Below, piece after piece: positions 19,280 to 28,905 of a DNA stretch of 64,000 nt. How positions within the stretch are numbered: the first letter of the stretch is position 1; every line of letters begins with the position of its first letter. The notes beneath the pieces were generated by a model. It worked only from the letters and a program-made list of their open reading frames with translations, was not told the DNA's origin and ran no database searches. The stretch is taken from NCBI GenBank assembly GCA_965216875.1, contig OZ244207.1, positions 6,944,001-7,008,000 on the forward strand, read 5' to 3'. A program made the position numbers and the translations under genes. The stretch is from Rubripirellula sp. (lineage in GTDB: Bacteria; Planctomycetota; Planctomycetia; Pirellulales; Pirellulaceae).

Positions 19280-20461
19280 ATGGCTGATACGAAAAATGTG
19301 ATTGCGATCATTCCCGCTCGAGGAGGATCGAAGGGAATCCCTCAAAAGAACCTGCGAACGTTGCTTGGTGAGCCGTTGATTGCGCGGGCGATTCGTATCG
19401 CTCGTACAGCAAGCCCTGTCAAACAGGTCGTTGTGACGACCGACGACTCGGAGATCGCAGCGGTCGCACAGGCGGCGGGCGCATTGGTCGTCATGCGCCC
19501 CGACGAACTTTCGACGGACATTGCGTCGTCCGAAAGCGCATTGCTGCATGCGATCGGCGAACTTGAGAAGACGAATCAAATGACAGAGGTGTTCGCCTTC
19601 CTGCAATGTACGGCACCGCTCACTACCGCGGAGGACATTGAATCGACCATCAAGCAAGTTACCGAAAACGACGCAGACTCAGCATTCGCAGCGATCGCGT
19701 CGCATTTCTTTCTATGGCAACCAAACGAGGCAGGCGGAGTTTGCGGCGTCAACCACCATGCGAGCGAAAGGTTGATGCGGCAACAGCGTCCCCCCGAATA
19801 CCTCGAGGCGGGATCTGTCTATGTGATGAAGACGAAGGGCTTCAAGCAGCACAAGCATCGTTTCTTCGGAAACATCGCAGTGCAAGAGATCGAGCGTGAC
19901 CACTGGTTCGAACTCGATGAGATGGCGGATCTCGGCGTGATCGAAGCGTTGCTCGAAAAACGCGGGTCCAAACAAGGTAATGCGTTGTCGATCAAGGCGA
20001 TCGCATTCGATTTTGATGGTGTGTTCACGGACAACTTAGTTCGCGTTGACCAAAACGGGATCGAGACGGTTTGTTGTAGCCGCAGTGATGGCATGGGGAT
20101 TGAATTGCTTCGCAACGCGAGCGTCCCCATGGTCGTGATTTCAAAGGAACGTAATCCCGTCGTGCTGGCCCGATGTCAGAAGCTGCAACTGGATTGTGAA
20201 GGTGGCGTTGACGATAAGGTCCCCATACTCAAGCAATGGGTCAAAGGGGTTGGCGTTTCTTTGGCTGAGACGGCGTACGTCGGTAACGACGTTAATGACC
20301 TTCCATGCCTACGTACAGTAGGCCACCCGTTTGTGGTTGCTGACTGCCATCACGCACTTACTCAACAAGGATTTGCGCGATTGAAATGCAGTGGCGGTCG
20401 CGGCGCTGTGCGCGAGCTGGCAGATTTGGTGCTGCAAACTCGTGATCACTCCTCGATGTGA
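19280..20461 (+). CDS. neuA: Acylneuraminate cytidylyltransferase fused to KdsC-like HAD phosphatase
   Basis: IIPARGGSKGIPQKN, LQCTAP, E.GSVY; C-terminal FDFDGVFTD, DGMGI, YVGNDVND, GGRGAVRE. Confidence 0.92.
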   Translation: MADTKNVIAIIPARGGSKGIPQKNLRTLLGEPLIARAIRIARTASPVKQVVVTTDDSEIAAVAQAAGALVVMRPDELSTDIASSESALLHAIGELEKTNQMTEVFAFLQCTAPLTTAEDIESTIKQVTENDADSAFAAIASHFFLWQPNEAGGVCGVNHHASERLMRQQRPPEYLEAGSVYVMKTKGFKQHKHRFFGNIAVQEIERDHWFELDEMADLGVIEALLEKRGSKQGNALSIKAIAFDFDGVFTDNLVRVDQNGIETVCCSRSDGMGIELLRNASVPMVVISKERNPVVLARCQKLQLDCEGGVDDKVPILKQWVKGVGVSLAETAYVGNDVNDLPCLRTVGHPFVVADCHHALTQQGFARLKCSGGRGAVRELADLVLQTRDHSSM

Positions 20462-20616
20462 GATTCATCACTTCAAATCAGCTTCCCGTTCGTCAATCCT
20501 TAGCATGATCTTAACTTGCTGATCGTATTGCCTTTTGATTGACGCGAATGCCTATTCAGTGTGACAGCCAAAAACTATTATGCGGCCGCACTCGTTCCTC
20601 TTTGTTGAAACGCAAA

Positions 20617-21486
20617 ATGAAGTCAACGGTACGAATTGGAAGCCATGAAGTCGGCGACGGTCAACCGATCTATGTCATCGCTGAGATTGGCTTGAATCAC
20701 AACGGAGACCTGTCCAACGCCAAGAAACTCGTTGATGCCGCAGTGCTTGCCGGATGTGATGCCGTCAAGTTTCAGAAACGCACCCCGGAGGTTTGCGTTC
20801 CGGTCGAGCAACGCGATGTGATACGCGAGACTCCTTGGGGCACGATGACCTATCTCGACTATCGACACCGGGTCGAGTTTGGATTGCAGGAGTATCAAGA
20901 GATCGATGCCTATTGCCGCGACAAAGACATTGATTGGTTTGCTTCTTGTTGGGATGTTCCTTCGGTTGAGTTCATCGATCAGTTCGACGTTCCTTGCTAC
21001 AAGATCGCGTCTGCGTCGATCACCGACGAAGAACTGTTGTTAGCACACCGAAAGACAGGACGCCCCATCATCATGTCGTCCGGGATGTCGACCATGGAGG
21101 AGGTTGAGAGGGCGTCTGATGTGTTCGATAGAGAGAGTTTTCTTCTTGCGCATAGCACGAGTACCTATCCTTGCCCGCTTGAAGAGCTCAACCTGCGAAT
21201 GATCCAAACGCTCAAGGATCAGTACCATTGCCCCGTCGGGTATTCAGGGCATGAAGTGGGATTGCAGACCACTGTGGCTGCAGTCGCGCTGGGGGCCACT
21301 TTCGTAGAGCGACACATCACTTTGGATCGCACCATGTGGGGATCGGACCAGGCGGCTTCGGTGGAACCATGGGGGATGATGCGGCTGGTTCGAGATATTC
21401 GCGCCGTCGAGACAGCGGTCGGTGATGGGGTGAAACGTGTCTACGACAGCGAGCTGCCCATTCGACAAAAGCTCCGTAGAGTCTAG
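20617..21486 (+). CDS. neuB: N-acetylneuraminate (nonulosonate) synthase family, short form without SAF domain
   Basis: IAEIGLNHNGD, DAVKFQKR, KIASA, SSGMST, HSTSTYP, GYSGHE, ERHITLDR..WGSDQ. Confidence 0.93.
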   Translation: MKSTVRIGSHEVGDGQPIYVIAEIGLNHNGDLSNAKKLVDAAVLAGCDAVKFQKRTPEVCVPVEQRDVIRETPWGTMTYLDYRHRVEFGLQEYQEIDAYCRDKDIDWFASCWDVPSVEFIDQFDVPCYKIASASITDEELLLAHRKTGRPIIMSSGMSTMEEVERASDVFDRESFLLAHSTSTYPCPLEELNLRMIQTLKDQYHCPVGYSGHEVGLQTTVAAVALGATFVERHITLDRTMWGSDQAASVEPWGMMRLVRDIRAVETAVGDGVKRVYDSELPIRQKLRRV

Positions 21487-21492
21487 GTCAGT

Positions 21493-22554
21493 ATGGGCGG
21501 CGAGCGAGCAACGCTGATCGTGTCGAATTCGGCGTTCAACTGTTTTGTTGGCGCCGCGATTGCGTCGCAAATGGATGGTCCCGTGCATCTCCTACAAGCC
21601 GACGGCGGAAACACTAATCGGTTTCTGGTGGAGACGCTTGCGAAATCGGCCACGTTTCCGTTTTCAGGGGTTACGTTTTTTGATCGGAACCTGGTGGGGA
21701 AATCGAACCTTCAAAAAGGAAGGATGATTCGACGCAACCTGCGCGAGACGCGTCAACTGTTTCAAGACCTGAAGCCTAAACGGGTTTATGTCGGTAACGA
21801 TGCGTTGCCAACCACGCAACTCGCGATTCAGCTGGCACGGCAAATCGAAGCCGAAACGATCTACTATGACGAGGGGACAAACGCGTACTGCCTTTTTCCT
21901 GAACGCTCCTATTCTCTGCCCTGGCGGATTCTGTTTTCGGTGGTTTTCGGAAACTGGTGGAAATCGATCTCGGTCAACGGTACCTACGAAGGTCCTACCA
22001 AGCGTCTGCGGTTTTTCCCAGAAGTGTTGCCGACGGATCCGTTAAATGAACCGATGTCGCAACGGCCCTTTCACCATGAACGCTTTGTCGCGACCATTCA
22101 GGATGCTGTTGGCGAATTGGTTGATGCCAACCTGTCGGAACCATCGCAAAGAATCGCGTTGGTGTTGTTGAGCCATTCCGAGGCGATCGATGCTCCAGAC
22201 ACCTACCTTGAGACGATACGCAAGTTAGCCGCCCGTTTGATCGACGGCGGATACCGCGTATTGGTGAAGGGGCATCCGCGGGAACGACCGGCCAACTTGA
22301 GTGCCATTGAACGATTGGGTTGCGAGACGATTGAACCACGCATGCCAGCGGAAATGTTGTTGGTTTCAAGCGGTTGGAAACCAGAAGTCTTGATCGGCGA
22401 TCTGTCCACGGCCCTCTTTTTCGCTCGGTGGCATTGCCCTGGCATACGCGTTTTCTCGACGTCGCTGATGACCAAGGTGGGTGATGAATCGGGTTCGACC
22501 TTGTGCCGTCAATTGGGAGTTCGTCTCGTCGATTCCATCAACGAGATTGAGTAG
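21493..22554 (+). CDS. Putative bacterial (poly)sialyltransferase, GT38/GT52/GT80-like
   Basis: YYDEG and KGHPRE match the D/E-D/E-G and HP motifs; PAE and STALF; directly after neuB. Confidence 0.72.
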   Translation: MGGERATLIVSNSAFNCFVGAAIASQMDGPVHLLQADGGNTNRFLVETLAKSATFPFSGVTFFDRNLVGKSNLQKGRMIRRNLRETRQLFQDLKPKRVYVGNDALPTTQLAIQLARQIEAETIYYDEGTNAYCLFPERSYSLPWRILFSVVFGNWWKSISVNGTYEGPTKRLRFFPEVLPTDPLNEPMSQRPFHHERFVATIQDAVGELVDANLSEPSQRIALVLLSHSEAIDAPDTYLETIRKLAARLIDGGYRVLVKGHPRERPANLSAIERLGCETIEPRMPAEMLLVSSGWKPEVLIGDLSTALFFARWHCPGIRVFSTSLMTKVGDESGSTLCRQLGVRLVDSINEIE

Positions 22555-23652
22555 ATGGCAACGACTGTGACGCTTGCTTCCATCGTGAAGCGTGAAGTAG
22601 CCCAAATGAACAACCAATCCAATCTCCCAACTGTCGCAGCAATCATTCCTGTGCGGAATCGAGCTGACCAGGTTGTGACTTGCCTCAACGCGTTGGAAAC
22701 GCAAACCTATCGAAAGTTCAGCGTGATCGTTGTGGACGATTGCTCGACAGATGCAACGGCCGAAGCGGTGATTCAATGGGCAAACTCGCGTCAGTTCCCA
22801 TGTGTTGAGGTTTTTCGAAACAAGAAACCCGTTGGTCCCAGCCTGGCCCGCAATCAAGGAGTCGCTCATGCTTGTGCAGAGTTCGTATGCTTTACCGACT
22901 CGGACTGCGTTGTGGACGAGACCTGGATTGAGGAACTGGTCGCTGCAGTGAGTGGCCCCGATGGGAAGGCCGACGGAGCCTCGGGAGTGGTCACGAACCC
23001 GCCGGCTTGCAATTGGACCGAAGTTGCCTATCAGGGGACCAATCGAATTGGGGAATCGGCGCATAGACGCCCGTTTCAGTTATGCAATCTGATGCTTCGG
23101 CGGTCGGTCGCATTGGATTTCCCGTTTGACGATGCGATCGGTTTCTACGGCGAAGAAGACGACTTGGGCTGGCGCCTGCAGAGGGCAGGCTTTCGGTTGA
23201 CCTTTGCACCCAACGCAAGGGTCGAGCACCAACATCACCATCGATTCTCGAGCTACCTTCGGCAGGCGTGGACGCAAAGTCGCGGGACAGCGCGACTTTG
23301 TTACAAGCATGGCGTGTACCTCAGTCGTGACCTTTGGTTCTTATCGGCTGCCCTCGCGGTTGTTCCCCTTGCTTTGCTTTACCATCCTCTGTTGGCAATC
23401 TGTGGTCTGCTGCTCGGATTGCATGTGTTAGCGTTGATTTACAACGAGGTGGCGCTGAAGGGCAAACGATTCCTCACCGGCTTGGCGGTCTTGCCGATCA
23501 TCGCTACCTACAATGGGGTGAAAGCGGTGGGAGTCTATTGGAATCTGTCAAAGATCTTTCTCGGACTTGATCCCGAAATTGTCGCCAGTCGCAATGCTTG
23601 GCGTGAGAGTTGCCGGGGTGCAAGTCGCGATGGTTGCGACATGAACGCCTAG
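22555..23652 (+). CDS. GT2 glycosyltransferase with C-terminal TM helices
   Basis: IIPVRN, VVDDCSTD, GPSLARNQG, FTDSDC, EEDDLGWR. Confidence 0.92.
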   Translation: MATTVTLASIVKREVAQMNNQSNLPTVAAIIPVRNRADQVVTCLNALETQTYRKFSVIVVDDCSTDATAEAVIQWANSRQFPCVEVFRNKKPVGPSLARNQGVAHACAEFVCFTDSDCVVDETWIEELVAAVSGPDGKADGASGVVTNPPACNWTEVAYQGTNRIGESAHRRPFQLCNLMLRRSVALDFPFDDAIGFYGEEDDLGWRLQRAGFRLTFAPNARVEHQHHHRFSSYLRQAWTQSRGTARLCYKHGVYLSRDLWFLSAALAVVPLALLYHPLLAICGLLLGLHVLALIYNEVALKGKRFLTGLAVLPIIATYNGVKAVGVYWNLSKIFLGLDPEIVASRNAWRESCRGASRDGCDMNA

Positions 23653-23674
23653 TTATGGCAGGCTTTGTTCGCAG

Positions 23675-25432
23675 CTAGTATGCGGTGTTCATCACGCGGT
23701 CTCGGTGCGTCCGATAGGCTGCTTTGATTTCGTCACGAATGATCGAATCGGTCGCCAACGCTTTTTCGAATAACTCGTTGGCAAGCTCGTTATCGCCGGT
23801 CATGGACGCGACCATCGCGAGGCGAAACTGTATCTCGGCGCGTTGTTGGTCGTTGTAGCAATGCTCGAATGCATCAGCATATACTTTGCGAGATTCAGCG
23901 ATGTATCCCGCTAGAAACATGGTGTCGGCGAGATCTCGATTCCATTGGTAGTCTGTACCCGAATAAAAGAACTGGCGTTCTTGCGATAGCTCAATTGCGT
24001 GTTGAAGCATCGCGATCTTCGGTTCAGGACGATCGAATGGAGCGGTGATTGCGAGGCCATACCAAGGGCGTGGGTTGTTCGGGTTGGCTTGCGTATCGGA
24101 TTCGTACATCCGTGGCTTGGACACGTAGTCGAGGTTGCGATTGATCGTGAGTAATGAGAGCACGGTGGCTATGACCGCGCACAGTATCAGGGGCGTTGTC
24201 AGGGAGATACGTCCGAGCGTTCCATCGCGAGCTATCCGAGTGCCAATGATCCCGATGGCAACGCCAAGGACACACGCTGAGGGCAAGTAAAACCGATGCT
24301 CAAAGATGATGTCCTGGAACGGCAGGATGGTTGAGGTCGGCGCGAGCACTAGTAGCGCAGTGATGATCGGAAAGGTTAGTCGTTTGCTACGTCGCCATGA
24401 CCAAGTGATCGCGGCAAGGATTCCGCACCAAGCAATCGTACCGATCCATCGTGGTCGCGATTCCAACGGAGGCAGCCACCCATAGTCAAGTGCTTGTCCG
24501 ATCGGAAAGAACGTCAACTGCAGGTAGTGCAAAAAGACTCGCGGTTGGCTCGCCAGGTAGGCGTGAGGAGGAAACCGCTCGAGATTGAAGCCGATCGTGT
24601 TGCGCCCATGACTGGCGCCGCGAATCCGTGGCAACAGAATGACGACGCCAATGACAAGCGGGGCGACCAGCAGGGCGTATCCAGGCCATCGCGACTTGAG
24701 TGATCGCCAAGACGTAGCCAAGAAAGCTCGGTCATAAAACAAGATGATCAAAGGCAATCCAGCAGCCATTTCTTTGCTGCCGTATGCGACGTAGGCCGCC
24801 ACAACGGCAAGCGTTGCCCAAGCTTTGGTTGACGGTGACTTGGGTTCGGCCGAGGCGCCTTGTTCACTTGGCGCGAACGCGACCGACCAAGCGTAAAGCG
24901 ATGCTAGGATGCAAAGGGAGGCAAGTGACTCGGAACGTTGCACAATGTAAGTGACCGCTGCTGTCGTCAGCGGGTGCACTCCCCAGAGCAAAGCGGTCAA
25001 TGTCGCGATGCAGTTGGAATAGAAATCGCCGAGTTTGATGTCTCTGGTGCCCAACTGTACGGTGCGCCGCACCAATAGGAAGAGCATCGCCGTTGCGGCC
25101 AGGTGGATTGCTAAGTTGACGACGTGGCAGGCAAACGGTGAAGGACCCATGAGCGAGAAGTGGATCGCAAAAGTGCCCGTTGTGACGGGACGTTTGGTGA
25201 GACGAAACCAATCGAATGAAAAAAACTCGAGCAGCGACGTATCATCGGTGAGTGCCTTATCATCGAAGACGAACGTGCCATACAGGCCGCCGCCGTGAGC
25301 GATGCACGTCCACAGCAAGACGATCCCCAGCAGCATGCCGGGACGCGAAAGTGCCGCTGGCTTGTCGCCGCCCACTTCGCCCGATTTGACGGTCGTGGAC
25401 TCAGCGGGTTGGAGGGGACGCGGGCGGGCCAC
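23675..25432 (-). CDS. TMTC-like GT-C membrane glycosyltransferase with C-terminal TPR
   Basis: FVFDD, RPVT, HVVNLAIH, VHPLTTAAVTYIVQRSE, SKE, EHRFYLP; many TM helices; TPR tail. Confidence 0.78.
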   Translation of the reverse strand: MARPRPLQPAESTTVKSGEVGGDKPAALSRPGMLLGIVLLWTCIAHGGGLYGTFVFDDKALTDDTSLLEFFSFDWFRLTKRPVTTGTFAIHFSLMGPSPFACHVVNLAIHLAATAMLFLLVRRTVQLGTRDIKLGDFYSNCIATLTALLWGVHPLTTAAVTYIVQRSESLASLCILASLYAWSVAFAPSEQGASAEPKSPSTKAWATLAVVAAYVAYGSKEMAAGLPLIILFYDRAFLATSWRSLKSRWPGYALLVAPLVIGVVILLPRIRGASHGRNTIGFNLERFPPHAYLASQPRVFLHYLQLTFFPIGQALDYGWLPPLESRPRWIGTIAWCGILAAITWSWRRSKRLTFPIITALLVLAPTSTILPFQDIIFEHRFYLPSACVLGVAIGIIGTRIARDGTLGRISLTTPLILCAVIATVLSLLTINRNLDYVSKPRMYESDTQANPNNPRPWYGLAITAPFDRPEPKIAMLQHAIELSQERQFFYSGTDYQWNRDLADTMFLAGYIAESRKVYADAFEHCYNDQQRAEIQFRLAMVASMTGDNELANELFEKALATDSIIRDEIKAAYRTHRDRVMNTAY

Positions 25433-26826
25433 TATTGGTTCTTGATCGACAAGTCAAAGCAGGCCAGACGCGTTTCGTCCTTGAGAAGCAACTTTGAGTT
25501 GCTGATTGCCGGCGCGCAGTAACAGGGGGCGGTCATCAACGGTTCTTCGGTGAACGCGAGGACTTGAGGTTCGTTCTCGCCGGGTAGCAGAGCGGCCAAG
25601 TGCCCGCGTTCGCCAAGCAGGATCAGTGCACCGCCGACGGAGAGGCCTTGTCCGCGACGTAGCACACTATGGTAGCGCCATTGGAGTTTCCCAGTGGCAA
25701 AGTCGACACATCGCAGTTCGGCACCGCCCTGCCCCGCCGCGGTGAATGCGACCACCGAATCGCCGTGTAGGATCAACGTGTTGTATTGGCAATCAATCAC
25801 ACGCCGGTTCTTCCACAACTCTTTGTAGCTGCGGTCGGGTTGGATTTGTAAACAGACGGCCCCGGGGCCAGGTCCGGTCACGATCAACACCATGTCGTCT
25901 TTTACCAGTGGCGACACCGCGTTGTATGACATCGGTGCGCGGCTGAAGTGCTTGACGAACCAGTCCATTTCGCCGGTTTCAGGATTGAGACAAACCAATC
26001 CGCGATTGGTGATGACAAACAAGAAGTCTTGGTCGTGGATGCGGGCGACCCACGGACTGCAGTAGCCCGCCGGATGATCACCGGTCTGCCATATGTCTTC
26101 ACCCGTTTCGGCACTCATCGCGACGATGCTCGCCTCTTCGTCGGCGGCACCCAGATTGAACACGACTTGGTCGTTTACGACCGATGGCGAAGCACCAACG
26201 GGAAAGAGGTCGTCTTCTCGCTGGTGCTCTTCGTGCAGCAAACGCTGCCACACAACCTCGCCCGTCTGGAGGTCAAGGCAAAAGAATTGGCCTTGACCAC
26301 CAACGGCATAAACTCGACCGCCGGCGATCACGGGAGTGCTATAAGGGCCGCTGCTGTATTCGACGTCACATTCGAACGTCGTTGGGTAACGATGTTCCCA
26401 ATGAGTCGAGCCATCCGCGATGTCGACGCACTGAATGATCTCTTCGTCTTTTATTCGGTGGTTGAATAGGACGCGGTTGCCACTTGCGACGGGAGAGCCG
26501 TAGCCAGAACCGATTTCGATACTCCAGAGTTCTTGCGGTCCCGCTTTCCCCCAGGCGAGATTGACGCTTTGATGAGCCGCGACACAGGTTCGGTCGGGGC
26601 CAAACAATTGCGGCCATTCGGCTGGGTCTTGCGAGCTGACCAAGTCACCGTCGGCGATCTCTTGTTGGAATTGTCGGACAGCATCCGCGTTGGCCGTATC
26701 GGCTTTGGCCGGTTCGACCAGCGGCAGGTCAAGTTCGATAGGTGTGGATGATTCCGTTGCACACCCAGAGATCAATAAACCGAGGAATAGGGCGGCTAAC
26801 CCGGAGCGATTTCGATTGCAGAACAT
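25432..26826 (-). CDS. PQQ-binding-like beta-propeller lipoprotein (BamB-like repeats)
   Basis: Lipobox LISGC; WPQLFGPDR, GYGSPV, GPYSTP, CLDLQTGEVVW. Confidence 0.88.
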   Translation of the reverse strand: MFCNRNRSGLAALFLGLLISGCATESSTPIELDLPLVEPAKADTANADAVRQFQQEIADGDLVSSQDPAEWPQLFGPDRTCVAAHQSVNLAWGKAGPQELWSIEIGSGYGSPVASGNRVLFNHRIKDEEIIQCVDIADGSTHWEHRYPTTFECDVEYSSGPYSTPVIAGGRVYAVGGQGQFFCLDLQTGEVVWQRLLHEEHQREDDLFPVGASPSVVNDQVVFNLGAADEEASIVAMSAETGEDIWQTGDHPAGYCSPWVARIHDQDFLFVITNRGLVCLNPETGEMDWFVKHFSRAPMSYNAVSPLVKDDMVLIVTGPGPGAVCLQIQPDRSYKELWKNRRVIDCQYNTLILHGDSVVAFTAAGQGGAELRCVDFATGKLQWRYHSVLRRGQGLSVGGALILLGERGHLAALLPGENEPQVLAFTEEPLMTAPCYCAPAISNSKLLLKDETRLACFDLSIKNQ

Positions 26827-27042
26827 GCGCGCGACTGAGAAAATGTGGAACGCGGTGGACGCTGTCGAGCAGGCTACATTCCGATTTCTCGCAGAGATAC
26901 CGCCATTGGCAATCGTCACGGAATCTTCATACACCATTCACCCTTCCCCGATTGCGTCCAATTGTCTCAATGTGTGTTGAGGTTTGGATGGCAATCCTTG
27001 GGGATCACACAACGATCGAGATCGGTTTTGAGCAACGTTTGG

Positions 27043-27723
27043 ATGACGACTGGCCAGTCCCTACTTAAGGTCTACCTAGGTCTGTTGAAGATTGCGATCG
27101 TCGGCATTGTTGGCGCCAACTTGGCCGGCGTGGTCGGGATGTTAATCGCGGCCGAAAACAAAGCAGAGTACGTCGCGCCGTGGGTACACGGCGGCTGGAT
27201 GGTTGGCTCTCTCGTGGGGCTCGTCGGCGTCCTCACTGGAAAGCTGAAGTTCTATGGCGAAGGATGGGTCCCGCGCCGTCTCGGCGGTCGTGACCAAGTC
27301 GAGGAGTCGTTTGATGCGCCAACCAAACGCGCTGGGAACCTTGAGGGGGATCGCTCGGGCGAAGAACAGTCATCCGCTTCCAAGATGCCCACCGAGGAAT
27401 CGACCGAAGGCAAACGCAGTAGTGTGATTAGCAGCACCTTGTTCTTTGGATTTGCGGGTGGCTTCGCGGGAGTCGTCTTGGGCGGGACCCTGCTGCTGTT
27501 CTTCTTTTGGATCGCGTACAGCCCCTTGGCCAGTTCGACGGTCGCGGGGTCGGTTGAAGTCGTTCGCGAACGGACAACGTCGCATGCGTTGACCCAGCCG
27601 GTGATGAAAACCAAACATCCCGTCGCCGTTTGGCTTGTGCTCGCGCCGACTTTATTGGGCGTTGCAGTTGGCGGTATCACCGGGGCCATCGGCGCGGCAT
27701 TGGGAAAAGTCCGCGACGGATAA
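27043..27723 (+). CDS. Hypothetical membrane protein (about 4 TM)
   Basis: Gly-rich hydrophobic segments; start estimated at MTTGQ. Confidence 0.6.
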   Translation: MTTGQSLLKVYLGLLKIAIVGIVGANLAGVVGMLIAAENKAEYVAPWVHGGWMVGSLVGLVGVLTGKLKFYGEGWVPRRLGGRDQVEESFDAPTKRAGNLEGDRSGEEQSSASKMPTEESTEGKRSSVISSTLFFGFAGGFAGVVLGGTLLLFFFWIAYSPLASSTVAGSVEVVRERTTSHALTQPVMKTKHPVAVWLVLAPTLLGVAVGGITGAIGAALGKVRDG

Positions 27724-27772
27724 TCGCGGATTTTTTGGTTAATCGGTGGCGGACCGCAGTCCGATACGATCA

Positions 27773-27801
27773 TTGACAATCGTATCAGAGATTGTTACAG
27801 T
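27773..27801 (+). promoter_or_regulatory. Sigma70-type promoter overlapped by Rrf2 operator-like site
   Basis: TTGACA(27773)-17 nt-TACAGT(27796); CGTATC-N7-GTTACA at 27781-27799. Confidence 0.7.
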
Positions 27802-27808
27802 TCGACCG

Positions 27809-28240
27809 ATGGCACGCAGTACCCGTTTTCCAGCCGCAATTCACATCCTGACCCTGCTTTCGCTTAAGCCAGGTGACTACCTGAGTTCTGAGTTGATCGC
27901 GAAGGGATTGGGGACCAACGCGGTCGTGGTACGTCGCATCATTGGACTGTTGAAAGAAGCCGGTTTTGTTGCTTCCCAGGCGGGTAGCCAGGGAGGTGCG
28001 ACGCTGGTGGTCGATCCCGACAAAATCACGCTCCGTGACATTTACGATGCGGTCGAAGATCAAAGTGTGTTCTGCATGCACGATCCCCATCCCCAATGTC
28101 CGGTTGCCTGTTGCGTCAAGGAACAAGTCAATCAACTGATCGAAGGTGCCGAAGAGAAGATGCTTGCCGATTTGTCACGTACCAAGCTGTCGTCGATCAC
28201 CAAGCCGGCTCAGAAGCAATACCGGGAAATGTCGAAGTAG
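27809..28240 (+). CDS. Rrf2-family transcriptional regulator (YwnA/HypR-like)
   Basis: STRF.AAIHIL...SSE.IA...GTNAVVVRRI...L..AG.V.S..G..GG..L......ITL.DIY.AV; HPQCPV. Confidence 0.93.
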   Translation: MARSTRFPAAIHILTLLSLKPGDYLSSELIAKGLGTNAVVVRRIIGLLKEAGFVASQAGSQGGATLVVDPDKITLRDIYDAVEDQSVFCMHDPHPQCPVACCVKEQVNQLIEGAEEKMLADLSRTKLSSITKPAQKQYREMSK

Positions 28241-28258
28241 TGTTTTTTTGCTAACAAA

Positions 28259-28277
28259 TGTAACTGTATTTGATACG
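28259..28277. promoter_or_regulatory. Second Rrf2 operator-like site
   Basis: TGTAAC-N7-GATACG; its half-sites are the exact reverse complement of the 27781-27799 site. Confidence 0.65.
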
Positions 28278-28303
28278 GTTCTGGTTCTCGAGAGGGATGA
28301 TCA

Positions 28304-28801
28304 ATGGAACTCAACCAGCGGCTCAAGCGACTCTTTCAGCACACGCGTGGCTTTACCGATCGCGTGCTCGACGAGATCAATGATCCTGAGGATTGGGTGC
28401 TTCGCCCTGCGGCGGGGACCAATCATGCGCTTTGGATTGCCGGCCACCTGGGCTACACGATGGATTTCTTCATCGGATTGATCGATCCCGCCAAACGCAA
28501 GTCTCAGGAGAATTGGGGGGAATTGTTTGGCAAGGGATCGACCGTCCTTGACTCGCTTTCAGACTACCCCGAGCCAAGTGAAGTTCGCGCGTACCTGAGC
28601 GATCGAGCCGACGTGTTGCTGGAGTTGCTCGATCAAGCGAGCGACGAAGAACTGCAGCGCGAAGTGCCCGAGGGTCCAGCGTTCATGTTTGACGTAGGCG
28701 CCATTTTCCAGGGAGCCGTTTGGCATGAGGCATTGCATGCTGGGCAGTTGACGGTGATTCATCGCATGGTTGGGCAAACGCCGATTGCCGATCGTCAATA
28801 A
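28304..28801 (+). CDS. DinB/YfiT-family protein (putative thiol S-transferase)
   Basis: NHALWIAGHL ... WHEALHAGQL His triad. Confidence 0.88.
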   Translation: MELNQRLKRLFQHTRGFTDRVLDEINDPEDWVLRPAAGTNHALWIAGHLGYTMDFFIGLIDPAKRKSQENWGELFGKGSTVLDSLSDYPEPSEVRAYLSDRADVLLELLDQASDEELQREVPEGPAFMFDVGAIFQGAVWHEALHAGQLTVIHRMVGQTPIADRQ

Positions 28802-28905
28802 ATCAAGTCGGGCGCGTTGGGACATTGGCAGCACTCGCCTCCGTTCCGGCGCAGTCAGGTGTCGTTACTTTTCACTTTGTTCTTTTCATCCGAGGCATCA
28901 AATCA

